This document shows positions 1 to 9,137 of a DNA stretch of 64,000 nt, one piece after another. Both the position numbers and the translations under genes were made by a program. The DNA lies in contig CAVVJT010000010.1 in assembly GCA_963748625.1 (NCBI GenBank), positions 832,001 to 896,000 of the forward strand, written 5' to 3'. Source of the DNA: an uncultured Chloroflexia bacterium. Its GTDB lineage: Bacteria; Chloroflexota; Limnocylindria; Limnocylindrales; CSP1-4. The stretch's first letter is position 1; each line of letters opens with the position of its first letter. Below the pieces are notes generated by a model. That model was not told the origin of the DNA. It ran no database searches and saw only the letters and a program-made list of their open reading frames with translations.

Positions 1-2148
1 CCCGGTGGCCGCGACGAAGGCGATGCCCCGCCCGGTGAACGTCCGGCTGACCGATGCCCCCTTCGCCCGGCTGTAGAGCGCGGTGCCGCCTGACCAGATC
101 GAGCGCTCGGACCGCCGCCAGGTGCCGGACCGCGTGATCGTGCTGCTGGTGTCCTGGACCACGGCCGGGTCAAGCGTTCCGCCGCCGGTCCAAGGGCTCC
201 AGTTGCCGGCGCGCATCGCGGGCGCGTACCTCGAGCTTGTACGTGTGGCCGGTGGTCACCGTGCGCGACGCCGAGCGTGCCGTGGCGGAGGTGCTCGACG
301 CGGCGCCCGCGACGCCGTCCACGACCCAGCGGGCCTGGTAGCCCGTGATCCCGCCGACCGCATCCGTCCCGGCCGCCCACGCCTGGCGGATGCCGATCGA
401 AGACCCGGACAGGCGGCTCGACGTGATCGCGAGGGCGGCGGGCGCAGTGGCGACCGGGACCACGCTGTCGACGTGCACCGTGTACGACCGACGTCCGGAT
501 GCGACTGGCGTCCGCGACGTCGCTGGCCGTGACCGTCACCTCGTAGTCGCCGCTGGGTGTCTCGGGGGGACGGTGACCGCCATGGTCGTGCTGGTCACCT
601 CGAGCCCCGTGAGGCTGCCGTGACCGCCAAGGCCACCCCGAGCGGGGCGTCGGCGGCGACCGCGAGGGCGACGGCTCCCGGGAACCCCTCACCCCGGTAC
701 AGCTTCACGGGCAGGGTCAGGCTGGCCCCTACGCGCCCGACGAGGGCGTCACGCGACCGGTCAGGGGTGGCATCGACCATGAAGTCGTCCACGTCCACGA
801 TGTGCGAGACGTCCAGCAGGGGCTCGTGGTATGCGTCTGGATCAGTGGTGGTGTCCCAGTCGGAGGTCCCTGCGGCCACCAGCGCGGACTTGACCTGCGC
901 AGGAGTCGCGGTGGGGCGCGACGCCCGGTACAGCGCGATGGCACCCGTGACATGGGGGGTGGCCATCGAGGTGCCGGAGATCACGCCATACCGGCCATGC
1001 GGCTCGGACGTGGTCGGCGGCAGCGTGGACAGCGTGCACTTGCCCGGGGCGATCAGGTCCACGTCCCGCCCGTAGTTGGAGAAGTCGGCGAAGGTGTCGT
1101 CGTTGTCCCAGCTGTCCCACGAGTAGCACAGGTCACCCCCCAGGCCGCCCGGCTTGCCGTCCATATCAGCCAGCGCGGACACCGTGATGACCTCGTTGTA
1201 GCTCGCCGGACGGAGCTTGCTGGCGTTGAACGAGTTGTTGCCCGCCGCGACCGCAACCGGGATACCGGCGGCGACGACACGGCAGATGGCCTGGTGCATG
1301 ACGTCATTGTTGGTGAGGCCACAGTTGCCATCGTCCGCGCCGGGCTTGGCCACGGACATGTTGACCGCCTCGAACAGCGGCCTCGCAGGGTCCACGGGAT
1401 CCCGCTGCGCGACGATCCAGTCAAGGCCGCAGACGTACCACGACAGGAGCCCGTCGCCCGCGGAGTTGAGGATCCGCACCGCCCAGAGGCGTGCGCCGGG
1501 CGCCACACCCACCACGCCCACGCCGTTGTCGAGCGCGGCGACGGTGCCCGCCACATGGGTGCCGTGGCCGTTGGGATCACCCCACGCCGCGGGGTCGTCG
1601 GTGGAGCAGTTGACGCCCCCTGCGATGTTCAGGTCCTCGTGGGTCCCGTACGTGGCCTTGATGGGGCTTCCAATACCCGTATCGACGATCGCGACATCGG
1701 CATCGACGCGCACATCGTTGCCGTCGATTCCCGCGACGAGGCTCTCGCGGCCGCCGATCCGCTTCACACCCCGGGGCACGCTCTGGCCGGCAATGGTGAT
1801 GACCTCGTCGGGGATGACCTGCTCGACGGCCGGATCCACTCGCAGCTGGGCCACCTGGCCGTTGCTGAGCCTGGCCGCGTAGCCGCGGACGGACCGGAAG
1901 GTCCGGTCAACGGTGATCCCACGCGCCCGGGCCCGGCCCGCCTCGCGACTGGTCGAGGTCCCGTTGTTGAGGATGACGATCCAGCGCCCTTCCGCACTCA
2001 GCGGCCGATCGGTGCCTGCCGCACCCTCCGGGAGCCCCGCGGCACCTGCGTCCCCAGTGCCAGCGGGTGCGGCGGACCTCGCCGATGCAGCAGGCGCCAG
2101 GCCGAGGACGAGGGCAAGTGCGATGGCCAGGGCTGCGGCTCGTCGCAT
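1..2148 (-). CDS. Secreted S8 (subtilisin) serine protease with I9 propeptide and C-terminal Ig/FN3-like domains; several frameshifts in the 3' part; runs off the window edge
   Basis: Signal peptide MRRAAALAIALAL after a GGAGG SD; catalytic motifs IVDTGI, NGHGTHVAG, AAGN and SGTSMATPHV. Beta-rich sequence continues in other frames (170..478 ORF: YQARW...YKLEVRARD), implying indels near ~620, ~555, ~487 and ~195. Confidence 0.85.
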
Positions 2149-2293
2149 GGTGCCTCCAGGTGCGCGGTGGCGGTCGCGTGCCGGCGGCGCGTGACGCACT
2201 TCGGCGGTCAGGCCACCCCGCGGACCTGGCGAGTATCGCCTATCGACAGGCACCCGCCAACCCCGACCTTCGGGGAAGCCCGTTGCTCGAACG

Positions 2294-3595
2294 TCAGGCG
2301 GCTGCGTCCCGGGCCGCCCGGAGCTCCGCCTCGGCCTCGGTGACGCGGGCAAGGATGCCCGTCCGCATGGCGTCCAGCCCCTCGGTCACAGCCTTGGTCA
2401 CGGTCGTGATGGACGTCAGCTGCGTCTTGAGGTTGCGCACCTGCTCCAACTGCTCGCGGACCCCGTTGAGCGCTTTCGCGATGGCCTGGGCGTCCACGTC
2501 GACGGCGCGCTCCGCGAGCTTCGCGAGGGCCATGATGCGGGCCAGGCGGACGGCAGCCTCCAGGTACGCAGGGTCCGGCGCGTCCGGGTCCACCGCCACG
2601 TGGACATCCTCGCCGATCACCAGGAAGGGGGCGACCCCCTGCGGGGCGTGCTGGGTGCTCCACACCGCGACCGCGACAAGCGCGTCACGATTGCGGCAGG
2701 CCTCGCGCAGCTCCTTGCGCATGTCCGGCCCGGACATGTGGCGGTCCTTCGCCTCGAGCACCACGCGGACGTCCGCGCCGTGGGTGGAGCGGGGGTCCAG
2801 CGTGATGACGAAGTCGCCCTTCTTCGAGTTGGCGACCGCGCCATGCTCGGTCCCGGTCCGCTCCACCATGTCGCTGCTGCCGCGGACGATGTCCCCGAGC
2901 AGGCGGTGGAGCAGCCCCTCGAAGTCCCCGCCCTTGGCGGTGCCCTTCGCGCGCTCGCCGGCTCGAGCGGAGCTGGCCGCCTCGAGTGCGACGAGCTTCT
3001 CGTTCAGCACCTTGAACCCGTCCGCCACCTCCTGGCGGAACTGGTGGAGCGGCGAGCCGAGGCGCGTGGGGTCCAGGAGTACCGCGAGCCTGGACTGGTC
3101 GCCATCGAAGTAGCGGCCGAGGAGCGTGCCGATGCGCCCGATCGCCGAGTCCCGCTTCGTCTCGTCGAACAGGTCCTTGACGAAGACCTGGAGCGCGCCC
3201 TTGTCACCCAGGAACTTCTCCAGCGTGCGTGGCAGGCGGCCGTCGCCGTCCCCGAAGTTCAGACGCAGCAGCGTCTCCACCTCGCGCGCGGCATCCTCGT
3301 TGGCCTGCGCGGTCTGGGTGACCAGCTTCTCAAACTCGCGCCGGACGACGTCCACGTCCATCGAGGTGGCTGCGTCCTGGAGCGCCAGCAGGCCGATGCG
3401 CAGGGCACGCTCGACGACCGCGGGGCGGTCTGCCTCGTCACGCTCGGCGAGGGAGGCCGCGAGCGCGCCGTCTCGCAGGACAAGCCGCTCGACCACGATC
3501 CGATCGCCATCGATGCGCACAGTGGCGCCGATGCCGGCAGGCGTGAGGCTGACCGGGGGGACGTGGGTGGTGAGCGGGAGGATGCGGGCTTCCAT
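2294..3595 (-). CDS. Coiled-coil protein with PD-(D/E)xK nuclease-like domain (RmuC/DUF2130-like)
   Basis: Helical coiled-coil N- and C-terminal regions flank KGGDFEG...KKGDFVI...VVLEAKDR. Confidence 0.6.
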   Translation of the reverse strand: MEARILPLTTHVPPVSLTPAGIGATVRIDGDRIVVERLVLRDGALAASLAERDEADRPAVVERALRIGLLALQDAATSMDVDVVRREFEKLVTQTAQANEDAAREVETLLRLNFGDGDGRLPRTLEKFLGDKGALQVFVKDLFDETKRDSAIGRIGTLLGRYFDGDQSRLAVLLDPTRLGSPLHQFRQEVADGFKVLNEKLVALEAASSARAGERAKGTAKGGDFEGLLHRLLGDIVRGSSDMVERTGTEHGAVANSKKGDFVITLDPRSTHGADVRVVLEAKDRHMSGPDMRKELREACRNRDALVAVAVWSTQHAPQGVAPFLVIGEDVHVAVDPDAPDPAYLEAAVRLARIMALAKLAERAVDVDAQAIAKALNGVREQLEQVRNLKTQLTSITTVTKAVTEGLDAMRTGILARVTEAEAELRAARDAAA

Positions 3596-3620
3596 AGCGC
3601 AACCATGGGCCCCGGTTGTG

Positions 3621-4223
3621 TCAGCTGTGTGTCACAGCCTCACGCGAGCCCGCGCTGCGACCGGCGACTGCCCGTCCAGCGGGCTGGCGGACAGACCCGT
3701 CAGGCTCCATGGCCGGCGTCTGGCGGGCGGCCCGCGACGGCGGTGCCAGCTCCTCGCCGATCTCGGCCGCCCAGGCCCGCACCCGCGCGATGTCCACGGG
3801 ACCCAGCCGCTCGACGAGATCCGCGCCGGCGTCCACCGCCCTCGGCCCGAACACGGCCCAGCCGCGTGCGCCAACGTCCGTGGCGACCGATGCGACGCTG
3901 CAGTCATCGGATCCGCCGTCATGGGTCCCGCCGGCACAGCGCCGACGGCCGATCGGGCCTGCGCAGAACAGCCAGACCTTGCGCGTCGTGAGGTCGTTCG
4001 TATGGCGCGCGAGGAAGCCGCCGCCATCCGCGTGCCGGCTGGGCACGTACATGCCGCTGCCCAGGATGACGGCCGCGTACGGCGTGACATCGGTGACATC
4101 GCGGGCGGCGCGCGCCTCGACCTCCAGGCCGTAGCGGCGCAGGACGCCGCCGATGGCTTCGGCGATGCTCGCCGTCGACCCCGCCTGGCTGGCGAAGGCG
4201 ATGAGGACGCGGTCTGCAGCCAA
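3621..4223 (-). CDS. Flavodoxin-domain protein (HemG/Flavodoxin_5-like)
   Basis: RVLIAFASQAGSTASIAEAI, AVILGSGMY and KVWLFCAGP; TTG start at 4223 with GGGAG SD. Confidence 0.75.
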   Translation of the reverse strand: MAADRVLIAFASQAGSTASIAEAIGGVLRRYGLEVEARAARDVTDVTPYAAVILGSGMYVPSRHADGGGFLARHTNDLTTRKVWLFCAGPIGRRRCAGGTHDGGSDDCSVASVATDVGARGWAVFGPRAVDAGADLVERLGPVDIARVRAWAAEIGEELAPPSRAARQTPAMEPDGSVRQPAGRAVAGRSAGSREAVTHS

Positions 4224-4712
4224 CGTGGACTCCCTTGCGGTGTGACGGGATCGTCGGCTGTCACGGTGGCGATCGGGAGGGTCCAACCGCCCCCAATCAC
4301 AGGTGCCCTGCACCACAACGATCCGGGCACCTCGGCTCGGGCCACCCGGCACGGCCGAACGGCCCCCAACCGGATGTCCGGCCTGTCCACCCGGGCGGGC
4401 TCGGCCCCGGCCGTCGCACCCCGGTCCCTGGGGTCCGGCGCCCGACCCTCGCGCCCGATGCCGGATCTCATCCGCACAAGGATGGTTTGGCGGACCTATC
4501 CCCGCAGGGATCGAATCGAGGCGGTTCGTGCAGGGCTCGGGGTCCGGACCCGGGGTTCGGTGCGCGACCCCTGCACGGCCTGGACGGATCTCAGCACGGG
4601 GAATGTTGGCCGATTCGATCCGCAGAGGAATGAAGCGGGCGAGCGAGCCGGGGGCGGGCCTGACGGGAGCCTGGGCCCCCCGCGTCGCGCGGGCGGGTCT
4701 CGGCCCTGGGGC

Positions 4713-6122
4713 TCAGGCGGGCGGCAGCATCCGTCCGGGGTTCAGCAGGTCCCGGGGATCGAGTGCCACCTTGATCGCACGCATCACCGCGACGGCGTCC
4801 GCGCCGCGCTGCGGGACCAGCCATTCCCGCCTCGCCGCCCCGATCCCGTGCTCCCCGGTCACCGTCCCGCCCAGCGCCAGCGCCGCCTCGTAGAGCTCCC
4901 GGCGCGCGGCCTCGAGCCGGACCACGGCCGCATCACCCTCGTCCCGATCGAGCAGGAAGGTGGGGTGCAGGTTGCCGTCGCCCGCATGGCCGAAGGTCCC
5001 GATCGCGATCGCGTTGCGCTCGGCGATGCCCTCGATCTCGCGCAGCAGCGCCGGGATGCGGCTCCGCGGGACCCCGACATCCTCCATCCGGGCCACGGCG
5101 ACGTGCTCGAGCGCGCGATACGCCAGCCGGCGGCCCGCGCGGAGCCAGTCGGCCTCCTGCGCGCCGCGCGCAAGGACCACCTGCGTCGCTCCCGCCGCTT
5201 CGCATACCGGTACCGCGGCCTCCATCTCCGTCGCCGCGCCGGCGCCGGGCAGGTCGGATTCGACCATCAGCATGGCTGCCGCATCGCGATCGAGGCCCAG
5301 CTGGTGGACGTCGTCCACGGCCCGGATCGTGGTGCGATCCATCAGCTCGAGCGTCACGGGTGAAAGGCCGGCCGCCGCGATCCCGGCCACCGCGGCACCC
5401 GCCGCGTCGAGGGTCGGGAAGAAGGCGATCAGCGTGGAGCGCGGCGGTGGCGCCGGCCGGAGACGCAGGATCGCCTCGGTGACCAGGCCGAGGGTCCCCT
5501 CGCTGCCGACGAGCAGCGGGATCAGCCCATACCCGGCCACGTCCTTCACGTTCCTGCCGCCGAGGCGCAGCACCGTCGCATCGGCCATGACCACCTCGAG
5601 GCCGAGGACCGCGTCGCGGGTGACCCCGTACTTGAGGCAGCACAGGCCACCGGCGTTGGTGCCCAGGTTCCCGCCGATCGTGCAGGTCTCGAACGAGGCC
5701 GGGTCGGGGGCGTAGAAGAGGCCTCGGGCCGCCACGGCCGCCTTGAGGTCGGCGTTCACCACGCCCGGCTGGGTGGTCACCGTGAGGTCGACCTCGTCGA
5801 TGTCGAGCACCCGGTCCATGCGCGTGAAGGCGATGGTGAGGGCGCCCTCGATCCCGGCCGCAGCGCCGGACAGGCCCGTGCCTGCGCCGCGGGCCACGAT
5901 CGGCACATCGTGCAGGCCGCACAGCCGGACCAGCGCCGCCACCTCGGCCGTTGTCTCCGGCAGGGCAACCGCGACCGGCAAGCCGGTCGGCAGGTACGCC
6001 GTCTCATCGCGCCGGTACGACTCCCGGTCGAGCGCGTCCGTGAGCAGGCGCACGTCGGGCAGCTCCGCCCGGATCGCCCGCACCAGACCGTCGCCGTCGC
6101 CCCTGGCCACGTCCGCCTCCAT
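4713..6122 (-). CDS. FAD-linked oxidase, glycolate oxidase GlcD / D-lactate dehydrogenase family
   Basis: RGAGTGLSG, YAPDPAS, TIGGNLGTNAGG, GSEGTLG, GHAGDGNLH, GEHGIG, LNPGR. Confidence 0.9.
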   Translation of the reverse strand: MEADVARGDGDGLVRAIRAELPDVRLLTDALDRESYRRDETAYLPTGLPVAVALPETTAEVAALVRLCGLHDVPIVARGAGTGLSGAAAGIEGALTIAFTRMDRVLDIDEVDLTVTTQPGVVNADLKAAVAARGLFYAPDPASFETCTIGGNLGTNAGGLCCLKYGVTRDAVLGLEVVMADATVLRLGGRNVKDVAGYGLIPLLVGSEGTLGLVTEAILRLRPAPPPRSTLIAFFPTLDAAGAAVAGIAAAGLSPVTLELMDRTTIRAVDDVHQLGLDRDAAAMLMVESDLPGAGAATEMEAAVPVCEAAGATQVVLARGAQEADWLRAGRRLAYRALEHVAVARMEDVGVPRSRIPALLREIEGIAERNAIAIGTFGHAGDGNLHPTFLLDRDEGDAAVVRLEAARRELYEAALALGGTVTGEHGIGAARREWLVPQRGADAVAVMRAIKVALDPRDLLNPGRMLPPA

Positions 6123-6174
6123 GCTCACGCTGGGATGTCGCGGAGTATGGCGTATGCCGGAGTACGATCGGGGA

Positions 6175-7566
6175 ATGTCGGGCGTCGGGCGCACCCTGTT
6201 CCGTGCCGCGGTCGCCACCGTGCTCGCGGTGGCCGTGCTGCTGCCGGGCTTCGCGGTGCCTGGTGCGCAGGCAGCGGGCCCCGTCGCGCAGGCAGCGGGC
6301 CCCGTCGCGCAGGCAGCGACGTCGGCGATCGTGCCCGGCACGGTCAACCGCTCCTCGATCCGGATGCTGGCGACCTACGCGGTCTCGGTGCGGATCGGCT
6401 GGGCCGCGCGAACCGTACGCGGCAACGTGGTGATCACCGCCCGGAACGATGCCGGAGTGGGCGTCGATCGCGTGCGGCTCAACACCGTGATGGGGCCGCT
6501 CGGCGGGCTGCGCCTGGGCGACGTGACCGTGGACGGGACCATCCGGGCCGCCATCCTGGTCGACCAGACCATCACGGTCCCGCTGGGCGGCGTCCTCCCG
6601 GCCGGTGCGACGACCGTCATCCGCGTCCCGTTCCGGGCGACCATGCGCGCCACGACCGGCGGCTCATCGTGGCTGTTCACCCGCGCCAACGGCGTGGCGA
6701 ACCTCTATCGCTGGGTGCCCTGGATCAGCCGGTCGACGCCCTTCACCCGAGCCAATCATGGGGACCCCTTTGTCACCCCGTCCAGCCCCCTGGTCACGCT
6801 CCGCGTCACGACCGACGTGCCCCTGGCGGTGACCGCCAACGGGATCCGAACGAGCCGGACGGCCGACGGCCTCGTCACCACGTGGGAGGCGAACAACGTG
6901 CGTGACCTCGTGCTCAACGCGTCGCGCGGAGCCGACCGCCGTTCCGCGGTGGTCAACAGGACCAGCATCCGCGTGGTCACCAGGCCCGGCGGTCCATCGG
7001 CGGCCCTGCTGCGCGCCGCAACGCGCGCCCTGCCGCTGCTGGAAGCCCGCCTGGGGCCCGCCCCGTGGCCGGTGCTGCGCGTGGTGGAGTCGGCCGGCGG
7101 TTTCGCCATGGAGGGTCCGGGCGTGGTCTGGATCCCGGCCGGCACCGAGGCGTGGCGGTACGAGTACCTCGTCACCCACGAGCTGGCACACCAGTGGTTC
7201 TTCGGCATGGTCGGCAGCGACCAGGCGCGCCAGCCGTTCGCCGATGAGGCGATGGCGGACATGGTCACGCGCTACGTCCTGGGCAGCCGGCGCGGCTCGA
7301 CCTGTGCCCGATCGACCCTCGACCGCACCATCTACCGCTACTCCGAGGCGTGCTACTACGAGGTCGTGTACATCCAGGGCGGGAACCTCCTCGACGACGC
7401 GCGCAAGGCGATGGGCACCAGGGTCTACTTCAGCGCCGTTCGCAGGTACCTCGCCGACAACCGGTGGGGCCTCGCAGGCACTCGGGCACTACTGGACACC
7501 CTCGATGCCGCCACGCCCCTGGACATGGCCGCGCGCTGGCGTGCACGCTTCCCGACGTTGTACTGA
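6175..7566 (+). CDS. Secreted M1-family (gluzincin) zinc metallopeptidase
   Basis: Signal peptide; GFAMEGPG (GAMEN-like), HELAHQWF, downstream DE and YIQG motifs. Confidence 0.8.
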   Translation: MSGVGRTLFRAAVATVLAVAVLLPGFAVPGAQAAGPVAQAAGPVAQAATSAIVPGTVNRSSIRMLATYAVSVRIGWAARTVRGNVVITARNDAGVGVDRVRLNTVMGPLGGLRLGDVTVDGTIRAAILVDQTITVPLGGVLPAGATTVIRVPFRATMRATTGGSSWLFTRANGVANLYRWVPWISRSTPFTRANHGDPFVTPSSPLVTLRVTTDVPLAVTANGIRTSRTADGLVTTWEANNVRDLVLNASRGADRRSAVVNRTSIRVVTRPGGPSAALLRAATRALPLLEARLGPAPWPVLRVVESAGGFAMEGPGVVWIPAGTEAWRYEYLVTHELAHQWFFGMVGSDQARQPFADEAMADMVTRYVLGSRRGSTCARSTLDRTIYRYSEACYYEVVYIQGGNLLDDARKAMGTRVYFSAVRRYLADNRWGLAGTRALLDTLDAATPLDMAARWRARFPTLY

Positions 7567-7576
7567 TGAGGTGCTG

Positions 7577-8161
7577 ATGCGCGCCGCGATCCTCCTGCGC
7601 CTCGCGACGCCGGCCGACGGGGCAGCCGTGGCCGCGATCTATGCCCCGTACGTGACGGACGCGGTGATCTCGTTCGAGGCAGAGCCGCCCGATGCCGCGG
7701 AGATGGCCACACGAATCGAGCGGACGATCGCGCGCACGCCGTGGGTGGTGGCCGAGGTGGACGGCGTCGTGCGCGCCTACGCCTACGGGTCACGCCACCG
7801 CGAGCGCGCCGCCTACGACTGGACCGTGGAGACGACGGTCTACGTGGACCGGGCCCACACGGGCGAGGGCCTTGGGCGGGCGACGATGGAGGCGGTGCTC
7901 CGGATCCTGCGCCTGCAGGGCGCGCACCTCGTGGTGGCGGGCGTCACCCCGCCGAACCCGGCCTCCGTCGGGCTCCACCTCTCGCTTGGCTTCGAGCGTG
8001 TCGGGGTGTTCGAGGCGATCGGCTACAAGTTCGGAGCGTGGCACGGCGTCGAATGGTTCGCGATGGAGCTGGGACCGCGCCCGAACGTGCCGGCGCCACT
8101 GGTGCCCTTGCCCGAGCTGCTGGGGAGCGAGGCTCTCGCGGCCGCGCTCAGGGGTGCCTGA
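7577..8161 (+). CDS. GNAT N-acetyltransferase (phosphinothricin acetyltransferase/YncA-like)
   Basis: AIYAPYV, ISFEAEPP, RAAYDWTVETTVYV, NPASVGLH, GYKFGAW. Confidence 0.9.
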   Translation: MRAAILLRLATPADGAAVAAIYAPYVTDAVISFEAEPPDAAEMATRIERTIARTPWVVAEVDGVVRAYAYGSRHRERAAYDWTVETTVYVDRAHTGEGLGRATMEAVLRILRLQGAHLVVAGVTPPNPASVGLHLSLGFERVGVFEAIGYKFGAWHGVEWFAMELGPRPNVPAPLVPLPELLGSEALAAALRGA

Positions 8162-8227
8162 GTCCTGGAGGTCGCCCCCATGGACATCGGCGTGGCAGCC
8201 TACTCCCGCGAGGATAGGAATGGCCGA

Positions 8228-8245
8228 TCATCCCCGTGGGGATGA
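8228..8245. terminator. Perfect hairpin between convergent GNAT and bioY genes
   Basis: TCATCCCC-GT-GGGGATGA, an 8-bp stem with no clear U-tract. Confidence 0.35.
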
Positions 8246-8311
8246 ATGTCTCCGCGCAGGAATGAAATCGGCTGCCGCTACCGGCACATGAGCAGCGGCA
8301 GGAGAACGGAT

Positions 8312-8956
8312 CTAGCGGTCGGACGGGCGCCGGCCGACCACGCCCCAGGCCACCGGGAACGCGACCGCGGCCGCGACCAGCTTGACGGCATCCACGATGA
8401 GGAACGGCACCAGGCCCACCGCGATCGCCTGCCCGAGGTCCATCCCGGTGGTGAACGCGAGCCACGGCACGCCGAGCGCGTAGATCACGGCCGTGCCCGC
8501 CAAGTTCATCCCGAGCGAGCCGCCGATGTGGCGGTCCCAGCCCAGCTCCGCGAGGCGGCCGACGACCAGCGCCGCGACGACAAAGCCGACGAGGTATCCA
8601 CCAGTGGCACCCCAGATGACCTCGAGGCCGCCCCTGCCCTCGGCGAAGAACGGCAGGCCGACGAGGCCCAGGGCGACGTAGAGCGCGGCGGCGAGCCCGC
8701 CCCGGCGCAGGCCGAGCGCTCCGCCCACGATGAGGATCCCGAACGTCTGGAGGGTGTACGGCACGGGATTGCCCGGCACCGCGAATGCGATCTTGCTGGT
8801 GAGGAAGATGAACATCACGCCCGCGGCGACCAGCAGGGCGTTGCGGAGCCGCGGCGAGGTGTGCTCACCCACCCGCACCGGGACGAGAAAGTCGGCGATG
8901 GTGATGCCCTTCTCGGCCGCCGGGATGCGGGTCAGCGACGGGATCGCGTAGCTCAT
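8312..8956 (-). CDS. bioY: Biotin transporter BioY (ECF S-component)
   Basis: PVPYTLQTF, GLVGLPFFAEG, GATGGYLVGF; multi-TM protein. Confidence 0.9.
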   Translation of the reverse strand: MSYAIPSLTRIPAAEKGITIADFLVPVRVGEHTSPRLRNALLVAAGVMFIFLTSKIAFAVPGNPVPYTLQTFGILIVGGALGLRRGGLAAALYVALGLVGLPFFAEGRGGLEVIWGATGGYLVGFVVAALVVGRLAELGWDRHIGGSLGMNLAGTAVIYALGVPWLAFTTGMDLGQAIAVGLVPFLIVDAVKLVAAAVAFPVAWGVVGRRPSDR

Positions 8957-9054
8957 TGGCTCCCTCTGGGCCGCGCCTGACGGCGAGGTGTTGCGCGGAG
9001 TCTAGCAACCGGGCCGGTGGGCCACCAGCCGGGGTGGGTCGCACGCGGGAAGGC

Positions 9055-9137
9055 CACGCTGCCGGGAGCGGCGGTCACTCGGCCAGGACGGCGGTCACGC
9101 TGCCGGGAGCGGTGGTCACTCGGCCAGGACGGCGGTC
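9055..9137 (+). repeat. 41-bp tandem duplication spanning the stop codon of the ABC permease
   Basis: CACGCTGCCGGGAGCGG(C/T)GGTCACTCGGCCAGGACGGCGGT twice (9055-9095, 9096-9136), one mismatch. Confidence 0.9.

Noticed and set aside
170-625. Programmed frameshifting in the S8 protease (and the DAO gene at ~14120)
   Set aside because: There are multiple irregular indels without slippery sites, clustered near the window edge; sequencing error is more likely.
6265-6318. 21-bp tandem repeat in the M1 peptidase 5' end, and short GCGGATGCG repeats at ~63222-63267
   Set aside because: The first is an in-frame linker expansion (AQAAGPV) and the second is simple-sequence slippage; there is no evidence of function.
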